A DNA stretch of 64,000 nt. Origin: a virus (lineage: Duplodnaviria; Caudoviricetes). Made by a program: the position numbers and the translations under genes. Below the pieces are notes generated by a model, which did not search any database, was not told where the DNA came from, and saw only the letters and a list, made by a program, of their open reading frames with translations. This document shows, one piece after another, positions 53,812 through 64,000 of the stretch (the first letter of the stretch is position 1; each line of letters starts with the position of its first letter). The stretch is from positions 174 through 64,173 of the IMG/VR virus record IMGVR_UViG_3300037466_002669, one strand, 5' to 3'.

Positions 53812-54267
53812 TTAAGTGTTACTGATAAATTTTAAAGTGTGTAATATCCTTGCCGCCTGTCTTAAACTTTCGTTAGTAAATCTTATTCCTGTAGCCCGGC
53901 ATTCTCTGACTAAATCTGTTTTCTCAGATTCCGGTTTCAATTGTTTAAAAATCGATTCCCACCTTAAAGCCTTGCCTGGATTGAGTTGTAGCTTATTGGG
54001 AATCGATTTTATCGTTTTTTCTCCGTTTCTTACTTTTCTCTGAGAAAAAAATATTGAAAAAAAATAGGGGTGGGTGGTAAAATGAAAAAAATCGGTTCCA
54101 TCGGTTACCTTGTTGATTATCAATGAGAAATCGATTCCCAAATCGATTCCCAATCGGTTACTATTTCTATAAATCGATTCCCTAAAACTGTGACTGGGAA
54201 AAAAATTTATCAAGTCACATACCTTTTTACAGAATTTTTTTATCCAGTCACATATATTTCGCTTCAT
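53812..54267 (-). CDS. Chimeric ORF: shared C-terminus with 4070..4348; N-terminal part overlaps iteron array
   Basis: C-terminal homology clear, N-terminal coding status doubtful. Confidence 0.45.
   Translation of the reverse strand: MKRNICDWIKKFCKKVCDLINFFPSHSFRESIYRNSNRLGIDLGIDFSLIINKVTDGTDFFHFTTHPYFFSIFFSQRKVRNGEKTIKSIPNKLQLNPGKALRWESIFKQLKPESEKTDLVRECRATGIRFTNESLRQAARILHTLKFISNT
53949..54252. repeat. Iteron-like array AAATCGATTCCC (putative origin B)
   Basis: Direct copies at 53949, 54128, 54140, 54171; inverted copy at 53998-54010; variants at 54089, 54152; tgtgactgg/ccagtcaca inverted pair. Confidence 0.7.
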
Positions 54268-56774
54268 ATTGCTTCCATTTTTACATAAAGAAGGTTGTTG
54301 TCTTGCTTATTTTTCTTTTCCGTCAACCGGTAACCGAAATTATCGGCACTGATTTTTAATCCTTTTTTAAATCTTTTCATGCTGTAATCCTTTTTATCGA
54401 ACCCACTTACATTTTGAAATTGAGTGAACAGGTCCATAAACTTGTGCTCGGTAGCGCATCCATTTTGAGAATAATCGTCGAACCAGGAAAGAAACTCTTC
54501 CCCGAACATATTTTTTATCTTCTTTTTCTTATAGCTGTCTTTTTGATTTAAATCCTTAATCCCATGTTTTAAATAAAACCTGATGCAGTAAAACATAAAG
54601 TTGTAAAACCGGTTCCATTCATCTTTATCCCAATCGTCAAAAAGCAGGTGGCCATATTCATCTAATGGGGTTCTGTCAGGAGAAAAATAATTTGAAAACT
54701 CAATTAATTTCTGCCGGCGCTTGGCATGGTTGCCATCGTCGTTAACTGTATAGTTCGTAGTAAGGATCACTTTTGGGCTGTCATCATACTTAATATATAA
54801 TTCGTCCTTATTCTTTTTCTCTATTGGCATTCCTTCTGTAATTATGGAATAGAATTTTTTAAAGTCAAAGTTTTGCTCCACATCCTGTATGGCGATTAAC
54901 TTTGTGTCAAGGGAAACTCTTTGGAAGGCGAAAGTTTTGTCCGGTTTAAAATTTTTACCATCCACTGTTTCTACATTGATCATCTTTTCAATGGCTTTAA
55001 TAAAAACCCCCTTCCCGGTCCCACCACCTTTTGATTCATCCTCTGTTTCTTCGCCAAGGATAACAGCGAATGATTTTGCGGGATGCTTATATTTGTGCAG
55101 CAGATAGCCAATAATGGAAATAATATTTTCAAGCCTTTCCTGATCTTCGGCGGCAACCTTGCTCACAAAATCAAGGAACTCACAGCCGTTATCATCTTCA
55201 AGCTGAATATCCACATTGAAATCTATAAGGTCGCTCTTCCAAATAACCTTATTTACCTGCCCATGTTTTAATATTTGAACGTCACTGGCTTTTATTTCTA
55301 CAATACCATTTTTAAAAGGGATATAACACGTATCTTTGGTGTCTCTTAAAAAGTCAATTTGTAAGGAAGGAAGGTATTCATAAAGGCTATCTGCAAAAAT
55401 GTTATTATTCCTGTAAAGCACTTCTAAAAGCTGCTCCTTAGTATATTGTACTCCTTCAAGATTATAATTCTCAATGTATTCCTGGGTAATCTTTTTTATA
55501 CGTTCATTGCTTGCCTCTTCTAATCTGTTGTAGTCATTATGAACTATTTTAAATATAGTTGAGGATGGATCATAAAAATATAATCCAAAGCCTTTGGATT
55601 GAAGAAAAAGTTTGAAGCGTGTGTAAATAATAGAGATTTTTTCTTTGTCTGCATCCCAGCTCCAAAAGCTATCATCGTCTTTTTCTTCGGACCTTAAAAC
55701 AGACTCAATTACCTCTTTTGCTTCAGTAAGTGTAAGGTCATGGGATGCAGAAAGTTTGGCCTGAATCTTTGATTCTTCCATCCCTTCCTCTGTCATCTTT
55801 ATTACGGATTTCCTTACATCGCGCGAAACTTTTTTAAACGGTTCACCAAAACCTTCGGCAAGTAATTTTTTTGCAGCCACCTTATAATCATTGCCACATT
55901 CAAGCATAGCGTATACCGATGCAGGCCTGTAACCTTTGTTTGGCTCAAACTCACTTGAAGTGGTAAAGACACTAAAGAGGCCCATCTTTTTTGAATAATC
56001 GCCACTGCTTTTACTTTTTGTGTCGCCAGGGCGAAGTACCACTGTTTTTTCAGGAGTTTCTTTTACTACGCGCCAGCCGTGTTTCTGTAAGACACTTATT
56101 ATGTCGCCGCGTTCATTATAATCCTGAAAAGGGCTTTTATTAAAAGGCTTATTTTCTATAAAAGAATGATTGTGCACCTCCTCAATAACCGTGTTAAAGC
56201 TGCGGGCCGCGTCCAAAATTAATTGCCGTTCTGCCGGCGTTATTTCGGCAATATCTCTGATTGTACCCTGAAAATATTTATATCCATCTGTCGGCGCTGC
56301 AATCACATAACCTGCCTCTCCACGGGTTTCAATTAATACTTTTACTTTTTCATGCGGATTATCTTCTTTCTCTTTATCGGTGGTAAATCTTTGTGCCAGC
56401 TTCTTGTTACCTTCAACAGTCCCGCACCTGTAAAAAATATGATAACCGGCGGATTTTGTTTTTGATACCACCAGCTTTTTAGCAATCTCAGGATCCGCGT
56501 CAACAATAGCCTGCATAAAATCCTCAAAGAGCGATCCTGTAATATCATATTTACAATCCACATCAATAACCTCCATATTGCCGGAAACCTCACCACAGAT
56601 TGCGGCAATTCCTACAGCTCTATCACTTGCAAACATTTCTGAAATTTCAGTGTCTGTAGCAATGCGTTCCTGGTATTTTTTCCATTGCTGTATAGATCGC
56701 TTATTTACATCCGTAGCAATTACGGACACGCCAAGTTTTTTATATTCAGCAGCAGCCTTTAGTAATTTACTCAT
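54264..56774 (-). CDS. Primase-helicase: N-terminal bifunctional primase/polymerase (Prim-Pol) plus C-terminal P-loop NTPase
   Basis: EVIDVD, TKSAGYHIF, IETRGEAGYVIAAPT; GGTGKG Walker A, IAIQDV, ILTTNY. Confidence 0.9.
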   Translation of the reverse strand: MSKLLKAAAEYKKLGVSVIATDVNKRSIQQWKKYQERIATDTEISEMFASDRAVGIAAICGEVSGNMEVIDVDCKYDITGSLFEDFMQAIVDADPEIAKKLVVSKTKSAGYHIFYRCGTVEGNKKLAQRFTTDKEKEDNPHEKVKVLIETRGEAGYVIAAPTDGYKYFQGTIRDIAEITPAERQLILDAARSFNTVIEEVHNHSFIENKPFNKSPFQDYNERGDIISVLQKHGWRVVKETPEKTVVLRPGDTKSKSSGDYSKKMGLFSVFTTSSEFEPNKGYRPASVYAMLECGNDYKVAAKKLLAEGFGEPFKKVSRDVRKSVIKMTEEGMEESKIQAKLSASHDLTLTEAKEVIESVLRSEEKDDDSFWSWDADKEKISIIYTRFKLFLQSKGFGLYFYDPSSTIFKIVHNDYNRLEEASNERIKKITQEYIENYNLEGVQYTKEQLLEVLYRNNNIFADSLYEYLPSLQIDFLRDTKDTCYIPFKNGIVEIKASDVQILKHGQVNKVIWKSDLIDFNVDIQLEDDNGCEFLDFVSKVAAEDQERLENIISIIGYLLHKYKHPAKSFAVILGEETEDESKGGGTGKGVFIKAIEKMINVETVDGKNFKPDKTFAFQRVSLDTKLIAIQDVEQNFDFKKFYSIITEGMPIEKKNKDELYIKYDDSPKVILTTNYTVNDDGNHAKRRQKLIEFSNYFSPDRTPLDEYGHLLFDDWDKDEWNRFYNFMFYCIRFYLKHGIKDLNQKDSYKKKKIKNMFGEEFLSWFDDYSQNGCATEHKFMDLFTQFQNVSGFDKKDYSMKRFKKGLKISADNFGYRLTEKKNKQDNNLLYVKMEAI

Positions 56775-56986
56775 AGTTCGCTAAATTCTTTTTCCAATTG
56801 TTTAACAACTTTTGCCAACTCTTTTTTGACGGCTGTAAAGGCTTTTTCTTTCATATTCTCTTTATATGGAGAACTAAGGTTTTCAAGAAAAGAGAGGTTC
56901 CCCTCATCAGTTTTGGCAAGTACAGCTTGTAACTCTAAAATTTCTTTGCGAAGGCTTTGCGCGCGGTAAAAATTTTCAATTTGCAT
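56771..56986 (-). CDS. Hypothetical coiled-coil protein, copy B only
   Basis: 71-aa ORF. Confidence 0.6.
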   Translation of the reverse strand: MQIENFYRAQSLRKEILELQAVLAKTDEGNLSFLENLSSPYKENMKEKAFTAVKKELAKVVKQLEKEFSEL

Positions 56987-56992
56987 AAGACA

Positions 56993-57235
56993 TTATATTT
57001 TATTCATTATTTCTGTTTTGCAGCCGTACTTTTCCAGTTGGTTAATGCGGTATTTTTGCAGTTCACTAAGCCGCCCTGTTTCGGTCTTTACTTCAATAAA
57101 AAAAGGATGAACACCCTCTTTGATTAGCAGCAGGTCAGGAATTCCGTTTTTTGAGCTTTGGATGATCTTTATTACTAAAAAGCCTTTGGCTTCATAGTGC
57201 TTAATAATTTTAGCCTGCAGTTCTGATTCTTTCAT
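56993..57235 (-). CDS. VRR-NUC domain nuclease
   Basis: ESELQAKI...GIPDLL...FFIEVKTETGRLSELQ. Confidence 0.9.
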   Translation of the reverse strand: MKESELQAKIIKHYEAKGFLVIKIIQSSKNGIPDLLLIKEGVHPFFIEVKTETGRLSELQKYRINQLEKYGCKTEIMNKI

Positions 57236-57911
57236 AATTTTTCATTATTATTGGATAAAATCTAATCTCTTAATTCGTGTTACATAAGCGGGTTATTTTA
57301 ATGCGCGATCTTTCATTTCCCGGATCAATCTTAAAATTTCATTTGCGGTTTGAGTATCTATTTTATAGTCCACTGCTGAAACTTTTATAAAGTCTTCCAT
57401 GAATTCTACATCATGAATAAGCTGCATTAATTTTTGTTCGTTCATTATTTTTATTTTTTTAATAATCCCCTCCATCGTAATCCATTTTTGTCTCTATATA
57501 TTCGGCAGTAGCATCACTATCAACAGATTTATTATCCATGCGTGCCATATATCTATTGTTATTTTCATCTTTTGCATAAACGGTGACACCTGAGCCAACA
57601 AACATGAATAATGTTTTGGGCGCTTTCTTCATTACCCTTTTGAAACTTTTAAGCCAGTCGGTTTCTTCTTTTGTAAATTCTCTATACATTTTCAATTAAT
57701 TTTAATTCTTTTATCGGAACGATTGATGCGTGTTTATTTCCCTTAAATAAAACCTTAGCGTGACTACCGGAAACATATCTTACACTCTTAACTTTGCCGG
57801 TTATTTCCTGTACAATTCCGGTTTTAGTTATGTAGGTAAAAGACTTTCTATTTAAATGGTGTTTATAAGTCCATTCTACTGTTGCTCCGCTTTTTAAGTG
57901 TATCATGTTCT

Positions 57912-58549
57912 TTAAAATAATTCAGTTTGTAATATTTTTTTCGAGTGAATTCCTTTAAAGCAGTTAAGAATATGTAAGCCGGTTTCAGGATGTACACAGT
58001 TTCTATAAATCTGATCTTTCCTGGAGTTTATTTTATATTTTGATAAATCAAAACCATATAGCTTACTCCATTCATCTCTTGTTCCTCTATTTATGTCAGC
58101 TTCTTTTATCTCCGTATTAAAGATTCTAAAGTTGCTCCAAAATAAGTGTCGTCCCATTTCTTTTGTCGGTTTTATTAAAGGTTCATAAAATGGATTTACA
58201 TTTTCCACTACATACCCCCCCCGAAATAATGTTTGAGAAATATAATTTCCTGATACAACTTCATGTCAGGGTATTTCTTTTCTACTTTTCTATTATTTTT
58301 AAAACCCCACATTCTTGCCCTGCTATGGGTTTGACAAGGCGGAGAAGTCCATATAAAATCAAATTCTTCGTAATGGTCTAACAGGTATTGATGGGCATCG
58401 GCTACAATCACATTATCATCAGGGAAGTAATCTTTATAAACCGCTGCAATGTCTTCCCTGTATTCAACCGCCGTCACTTGTACCTCTTCCCAAAGTTTCC
58501 GGTTTCCTCCGATGCCGGCATACAGGTTTAATACTTTGAATTTTTTCAT
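57912..58549 (-). CDS. C5 methyltransferase split at G8 (copy 2)
   Basis: Same as 7122-7759; C8 at 58215-58222. Confidence 0.85.
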
Positions 58550-59273
58550 TTTTATTCAGTAAACAATTAGTTATTACGCTATTTTTAAATATTCATCCAC
58601 ATTAAAAAATCCTTCTTTCACTGATTCTTTTTTCTTCCGGTTATAAGGGTATTTAGCCAGATTTTCTTCTCTTTTGAACTTCTGTATAAAGAATCTCGTC
58701 GTTCCTAAAATACTGGCCATTTGAGGTTCAGTTAATTTTAAATAGTTGTTGCGGATGAAGTTCTTTTCGTGGTCGGTTAATTGTCTCATAATTTTTTTAA
58801 TTCAGTTATAATTATTATGCTGTGTAATTCTATTTACAGACTTTTCTTATAAACTCAATTGGATTTTTGCAGTTAAATTTTTTAGACAAACTAAAAATTG
58901 CGAAGGCTCTATTTGTTCCGTTGGTCAGATCTAATTCGTTTTCTATAGCTTGAAAAATTCCAAATTGCCTACATTGCTTTAGTGTGATTACTCCTGCGTC
59001 TAATTGGGATGGGCAAACCTGTCGTAACCAAAAATCAAGAGGGCAATTACTTTTTTCATTATAAGGTGCAATAACTTCATTAAAGTATTTATTGACAGGT
59101 GCGAAGTCTGTAGTTTCAATTATAAAATAGTTATTTTTATCCCACTCGTAGCCACTTTTAAAAGGTAATGATTTTTTTAAATCAGGGAAGTGCTTAACAA
59201 CTTCTTCTGAGCATAGGTAATATTCAATTTCTGTTTTCATTTTTATATTGGTTTAAATATTTCGTTTTATTTT

Positions 59274-59747
59274 TTAATGCTTCATAAAACACAACCAAAT
59301 TGTTTTTCCAGATTTCGCAGTTCTATGACCAAACAGCGGTTTATGATTTGTCAGCTGTAATACTTCGCTAACTTTTATTTGCGCCTCGTTCCATTTAAAT
59401 ATTAAAATTCCAAACGGTTCTAAAACCCGGAAACATTCTGAAAAACCCTGCTCAATATCTTTATGCCAATCAAAAGATAAAACACCGTACTTCTTAGCCA
59501 TCCATGTGTTATGGCCTAATTTTTTCATATGAGGCGGGTCGAAAACAACTACTTTAAATTTATTGTCTTCAAAAGGCATATTCCTAAAATCAACTTCTAA
59601 ATCAGGTTTGATTTCAAGGCTTCTTCCATCACACAAAACGTGGCTTTCTATTCTTTTATCTGTAAATAAAACATCCGGGTTATTTTTATCAAACCAGAAC
59701 ATTCTACTTCCACAGCAGGCATCAAGAATTAAGGGTACTTCAGGCAT
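59274..59747 (-). CDS. SAM-dependent methyltransferase (copy 2)
   Basis: Translation identical to 8484..8957. Confidence 0.8.
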   Translation of the reverse strand: MPEVPLILDACCGSRMFWFDKNNPDVLFTDKRIESHVLCDGRSLEIKPDLEVDFRNMPFEDNKFKVVVFDPPHMKKLGHNTWMAKKYGVLSFDWHKDIEQGFSECFRVLEPFGILIFKWNEAQIKVSEVLQLTNHKPLFGHRTAKSGKTIWLCFMKH

Positions 59748-60126
59748 TGGTTATAAATATTTTTTGCTTCAAATTCTTGTTTAAACTTTCCTCACTTATT
59801 TCACTTTCCTTTCAATAAGTTGTAGATCAATTACCATATCTTTTAAATAAAGATCATCGGTATAAAACGCTCTCATGTTTTCAAAACTTTTATCAACAAA
59901 TGCGCGTAAATTTTTTATACCGCTTATATAGATTTCGGGTATTGATCTATCTTTAAAAAACTTCCCAAGCCTCGCAGCTTCATCAATTATTTCCTGCCTG
60001 TTTTTGAAAGGGAACAATGATTCAGTTATTTCCGTTTCTGAGCTCCTCAAATCTTCGTCGCTTATCTCATCAATGACCACTACATCCTGGTCAACTACAA
60101 CCACTTCTTTTGGCTGCAAAACGATT

Positions 60127-61398
60127 TTATTGAGCGTTGATAGCGATAGCATTTTTTAAGTTTTTAATTCCAAAATCTTTTCTGAACCATCTTAATGTAT
60201 AGTCCTGCTTTGCAATCACTCTTTCATATATCTTTTCTTCTATTCCTCTTTCTGAAAAAATCCAATACAGCATACATTCCTCCTCTCTGTCTTTTGACTG
60301 TATGCGTGCTTTTGCCTGTTGGTAGCTTACAGAAGAAAAGTCAATGTTGTACATCACAAGTGCATCGGCTGTGGAAAGGTTAATTCCTTCTCTGCCGCTT
60401 TGAATTTGCGAGCAAAAAACTTTATGTTTTGAATGATTAAACTCCTCTGGTGAAAGTGTGATCTGTTCGCCAAACACTTTTAAGAGCGCTGTAAACTCCG
60501 CTTTGAATTTGTAGAATATAGCAATCTTTTCTCCTGTGAAATAGGTTTTTATAAAGTCTGCTTTATATGTATCAAAAATTATTGAAGCGCCACTTTCAGC
60601 GATAACCGTTCCGGAATAAATTTGATGCAGCTTTTGCATCAACTTCACTTCTGTATCGGCAATTATTTCCTGTCCATCTTTGCCAATATGCACACGCGTT
60701 TTTTTTATTTTATCTGCAAGGGCATAGGTGCTGTTTTTCATCTCAACTTTTAAAACCTGCTCTTTTACAGCCTGCGTAAATCCTGCATCTTTTTGAGTGT
60801 AAGACAGAAACAAGTGCTTTATTTTTTCGTTAATCAAAAATTCGTTTGCGTAGCTGTAATCATTTAACTGGCGGTTAAAAACATATTTTGTCTTCTTATA
60901 CACATAGCCAGCATTTGCCCAAGCGTAAAAGTTTTTATGATCAGCAAAAGGAGAGAAAGAGGAAACGTGTAATTGATGAAAAATTTGAGAAAAAGATTCA
61001 GGCGTAGGTGTTCCGGAAAGAAATATCACAGGTAGTCCTTGCGCAATATTTTTTAATAATTTTGTTCTTTCTGCAATCACAGGAAATTGTCCTAAACAAT
61101 GCGCTTCGTCACAAATTATCAGATCAAAATTTTCTTCCTGAAAGTTTTGCAGTTGCTCATAGTTAGTAACCACTATTTGAAAAGAAGGTTTAAAATCCTG
61201 GTAGTCATTCTTAATTGATCTGATTGCTTTTTTCTTTGTAAGAAAAATTACTTTTTTTGCGCCATAAAGTTGTGCTGCATGAAAAGAGGTAATTGTCTTG
61301 CCTGTTCTAACCTCCATCGACAGGTAGGCGATCTTATGTTCTTTTAAAAGTACAGCCGCCGAAACGGCTATACTTAATTGGTAGTCTCTTAGTGTCAT
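60127..61398 (-). CDS. SF2 helicase (copy 2)
   Basis: Translation identical to 9337..10608. Confidence 0.9.
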   Translation of the reverse strand: MTLRDYQLSIAVSAAVLLKEHKIAYLSMEVRTGKTITSFHAAQLYGAKKVIFLTKKKAIRSIKNDYQDFKPSFQIVVTNYEQLQNFQEENFDLIICDEAHCLGQFPVIAERTKLLKNIAQGLPVIFLSGTPTPESFSQIFHQLHVSSFSPFADHKNFYAWANAGYVYKKTKYVFNRQLNDYSYANEFLINEKIKHLFLSYTQKDAGFTQAVKEQVLKVEMKNSTYALADKIKKTRVHIGKDGQEIIADTEVKLMQKLHQIYSGTVIAESGASIIFDTYKADFIKTYFTGEKIAIFYKFKAEFTALLKVFGEQITLSPEEFNHSKHKVFCSQIQSGREGINLSTADALVMYNIDFSSVSYQQAKARIQSKDREEECMLYWIFSERGIEEKIYERVIAKQDYTLRWFRKDFGIKNLKNAIAINAQ

Positions 61399-61782
61399 AC
61401 TACGGCCTCCTCTTGCTCCTGGTTAAATAAATTCCATTCTTCACTTGTCATTTTTTCGATAATCTTTTGATTGTTATCTTTTCTGATTATCGTTTTCTTC
61501 CCCTGCTCTGGTTTGTGATATTTAATCTCACACTCAACTTCACGTATTTCATAGCCGCTTGCAACCTTATTTGAGAGAGAATTCAAATCAGACTGAATAG
61601 AATCAAGTCTTGATTTAAACTGACTGCTTACGCTTTTCTTTTCATCGCTTACCGTCTGGAATTGTTGCGTTTTATTTGCCAAGTCCATTGACAGGTCATG
61701 AATTTCAGGTGCAGTAAAATCATAGCGAAGCCACCTTTTTTCTGAATTGTTTAACACTTCCATTTTTATTTTGGTTTAAAGA

Positions 61783-62382
61783 TTAAAAAGGCATTTCATC
61801 TTCTGTTTCTTCGCCGGCCATTGCAGGTTCAGGGGTAGCTGTTTTTGAAAGTTTTGGGAAAATATCGTTTACTACCATTCTTTCAAGAAAGCTCATTAAA
61901 TCGCTATCATCCCATTGAAGCTTGCCTTTTACTTTTATTTGCACCATTTGAGGCAAACCATTTGGATTTTCTTTTGTGTAAAAATGCTTCAAGGCCTTGC
62001 CGTCCTGGTTTAAAAAAAGTGTTACTTTCTTTTTGTCGCCTTCAATTTTCATTGATGGAGAAAAGCGCACCCTCTTTGTCAGGTCAACATTTGGCAGCGT
62101 CTTTAAAAATGCTGAAGCATAGCCGCCGGAATAATTCATTTGGAGAATATACTTCTCTTCTCCATCCTGAATTGACACGTTCCAAAATCTACCGAAAGAA
62201 GGATGGTCATGCGTTTTGATGTCGGTAATAATACCGCTCACGCCATCATAAATTTCTTCGTGGATCACGTTACCATTTTTCAGCGTCCGTGATTGTGAAA
62301 TGTCAGTGGGTTGCTTTACCCGCTTTGTAATTTTGCCGTCACCGATTGATAGGTAAACAGCGTTGTTGTTTTTTTCTAACAT
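61783..62382 (-). CDS. Putative SSB (copy 2)
   Basis: Translation identical to 10993..11592. Confidence 0.55.
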   Translation of the reverse strand: MLEKNNNAVYLSIGDGKITKRVKQPTDISQSRTLKNGNVIHEEIYDGVSGIITDIKTHDHPSFGRFWNVSIQDGEEKYILQMNYSGGYASAFLKTLPNVDLTKRVRFSPSMKIEGDKKKVTLFLNQDGKALKHFYTKENPNGLPQMVQIKVKGKLQWDDSDLMSFLERMVVNDIFPKLSKTATPEPAMAGEETEDEMPF

Positions 62383-62388
62383 AAAATT

Positions 62389-62868
62389 TTAAAATTTAAA
62401 TTGTGTTGATATATTGTTTCTAATTTGATATACGAGTGTGGAATAAGGAATTCTTGTTTTTATTGAAGCGTCCTTAATTGTATTAAATATCTCTCCTGTT
62501 ATTTTATCAATTATTTTTTTTGATTTGAAGTGCTTGCCCCCAGAGGGAGGTGTTCTTAAACCTGTTATTAATGCGTGTTTTTGATTTTCTGAAATGGTGC
62601 ACCATTCCAAATTTTCGACAACATTGTTATGTTTATTACCATCGATATGGTTTATAAAATTCTTGCCGTAAACCTTTGGCAGAAAATGAAGTGCAACAAG
62701 CCTGTGAATTTTAATTGTAGTAATTGTGCCGTTTTTTCGCAGGTTTACGTGCTTATAACCATTTGAACTTTTACCAGGAGATAAAACCTTGCCTTTATTG
62801 TTTTTTACGCTCCCGTCTGGAGATATAAAATACAAGCCCTCAAAACCTTCGATGTCTTTATAAGCCAT
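62389..62868 (-). CDS. NUMOD4/HNH endonuclease (copy 2)
   Basis: Translation identical to 11599..12078. Confidence 0.9.
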   Translation of the reverse strand: MAYKDIEGFEGLYFISPDGSVKNNKGKVLSPGKSSNGYKHVNLRKNGTITTIKIHRLVALHFLPKVYGKNFINHIDGNKHNNVVENLEWCTISENQKHALITGLRTPPSGGKHFKSKKIIDKITGEIFNTIKDASIKTRIPYSTLVYQIRNNISTQFKF

Positions 62869-62900
62869 TTTGTTTTTAATTTAATTGTTAATGAAAATTA

Positions 62901-63482
62901 TTATTGAGTGACTAATTGTGGTTTGGTAATGAGGTTATAAATTTGCCTTGTCAGGTCAATATCATATTGAGCTTCATGCAATCTGGTTTCATCTATTTCT
63001 ATTCCTAAATGTTTGGCTACAGTTTTAAGTTTGAAATCTGTCATTGTATGGCGGTTCTGGATAAGATGTTGTGACGCTAATACGAATACATCAATAGGAC
63101 TACTCCAGAACCATGAGCCGAAATAGTTATCATTGTTTTGAACGAAGAAGGCGCGGAAAAAAGCGTTATCAAAAGAAGCGTTATTGTATCCGACAAGGAA
63201 AAACTTATCTGATTTATCGTACCTGTCAACATATTTGGAAAGCAGATTAATTATTTGACAATAGACCTTTTCAAAATCTTCATACCCTTCTAAATCATTT
63301 CGTGAAATACCTGCCACAGCCAATGCTTCATCTTCAATTAGTGCCTGTTTAAATGGCTTCACGTTGAAATTAAAACGCTCTTTTATTTCTCCATCTATTT
63401 CAATGGCACCACTTATTTGATGAATTCCATTTTTCCAATATTTAACGCCTGTGGTTTCAAGATCAAAAAAGAATAGTTTCAT
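62901..63482 (-). CDS. DEDDh exonuclease (copy 2)
   Basis: Translation identical to 12111..12692. Confidence 0.9.
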   Translation of the reverse strand: MKLFFFDLETTGVKYWKNGIHQISGAIEIDGEIKERFNFNVKPFKQALIEDEALAVAGISRNDLEGYEDFEKVYCQIINLLSKYVDRYDKSDKFFLVGYNNASFDNAFFRAFFVQNNDNYFGSWFWSSPIDVFVLASQHLIQNRHTMTDFKLKTVAKHLGIEIDETRLHEAQYDIDLTRQIYNLITKPQLVTQ

Positions 63483-63580
63483 TTTTATTTACAGTTATTG
63501 AGTGACTAATTTTATTAAAAAGGAAGGGAGTTATAATATTGCTATAATGAAGCAAGACGTTATAACAATTTAAATTATAA

Positions 63581-64000
63581 CTACCCCACCTGAGTGACTA
63601 ATTTGTGTTTCAGTTGATAAGACAATTGCCGCGGCATCGCTCCTTCATTTTCCGCAAGCCAAAGTTTGTGCGTAGCTTGAAAAAGGTTCCACTCTTTATC
63701 CAGGTTATCTTTAATAATTAACTGCCATCCCTTACCCTGCATAGTGCCAGCTTTGCCGTCAGTTTTTGTTTTTGCATTAAGCCAAAGGATTGCCGTTTTC
63801 TGAATTGGGTTATAGCCGTATTCTTCGGTCAAAAGTTTTTCGTACGCTGCCAGTTGAAGCCAGTATGATGGCCATATTGAGCCGCTTGTTTTGATGTCGA
63901 TCAAATATTTTTCACCATTCATTTCTATTACCCTGTCAAGCGTTCCTGCGAAGCCTAATTTTGCAGAAGCAAGCGATAGTTCTGAATGAATAACCTCAAA
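63581..64000 (-). CDS. PD-(D/E)XK exonuclease (copy 2, 5' end outside window)
   Basis: Matches 3' part of 12791..13570. Confidence 0.85.
   Translation of the reverse strand, partial: FEVIHSELSLASAKLGFAGTLDRVIEMNGEKYLIDIKTSGSIWPSYWLQLAAYEKLLTEEYGYNPIQKTAILWLNAKTKTDGKAGTMQGKGWQLIIKDNLDKEWNLFQATHKLWLAENEGAMPRQLSYQLKHKLVTQVG

Larger units (their letters stand above)
1..64000. mobile_element. Temperate Bacteroidota siphovirus-like phage, more than one genome length (unit ~50.8-51.3 kb) with two variant early regions
   Basis: Integrase, terminase, portal, capsid, tape measure and lysis genes; no host housekeeping genes; early operon occurs twice. Confidence 0.95.
57245..64000. repeat. Long direct repeat, copy 2 (runs off the window end)
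   Basis: Matches 6455-13210. Confidence 0.97.

Noticed and set aside
778-62219. Many opposite-strand ORFs in the track (e.g. 4967..5260, 5502..5822, 11055..11429, 27036..27359, 31870..32187, 34009..34488, 34543..34869, 50974..51288)
   Set aside because: They lie fully antisense to well-supported genes, have Ser/Phe/Leu-rich shadow composition and no motifs.
1-64000. CRISPR array, diversity-generating retroelement or invertase shufflon
   Set aside because: No regularly spaced repeat-spacer array, no reverse transcriptase motifs, no TR/VR pair and no second recombinase were seen.

Overview
The whole 64 kb is phage DNA: a temperate, long-tailed (siphovirus-like) phage of a Bacteroidota host. 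The host call rests on TAnnTTTG promoters and signal peptides with Gln at +1. The window holds more than one genome length. 6455-13210 recurs at 57245-64000 (offset 50,790 bp; identical in all ORF translations except six substitutions next to the junction). 1-~300 recurs at 51259-~51560 (offset 51,258). Between those anchors the two copies carry different, mosaic early-gene sets, including two unrelated replication modules: initiator + DnaC-like ATPase + HNH in copy A, and Prim-Pol/P-loop primase-helicase + VRR-NUC + iteron array in copy B. An intact attP-like site (tRNA 3' end) lies in front of the integrase in mid-window. The sequence is therefore either a tandem hetero-dilysogen/concatemer of two sister phages or an assembly joining two variants; I cannot decide this from the window alone. 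Gene order: leftward early/replication operon, cro/cI switch, attP-integrase, small regulators, packaging, head and tail genes, a cluster of fibre-like genes that unexpectedly carry signal peptides, many small membrane proteins, u-spanin, endolysin, then the early operon again. Main highlights: (1) a C5 DNA methyltransferase split at a G8 tract, where G9 restores the frame; (2) a conserved late-promoter palindrome TTTAGC-N8-RCTAAA placed 8-9 bp before TAnnTTTG; (3) secreted tail-fibre-like proteins; (4) the swappable replication module and short gene-boundary linkers; (5) candidate structured RNAs. All functional calls come from motif recognition by eye; no database searches were run.
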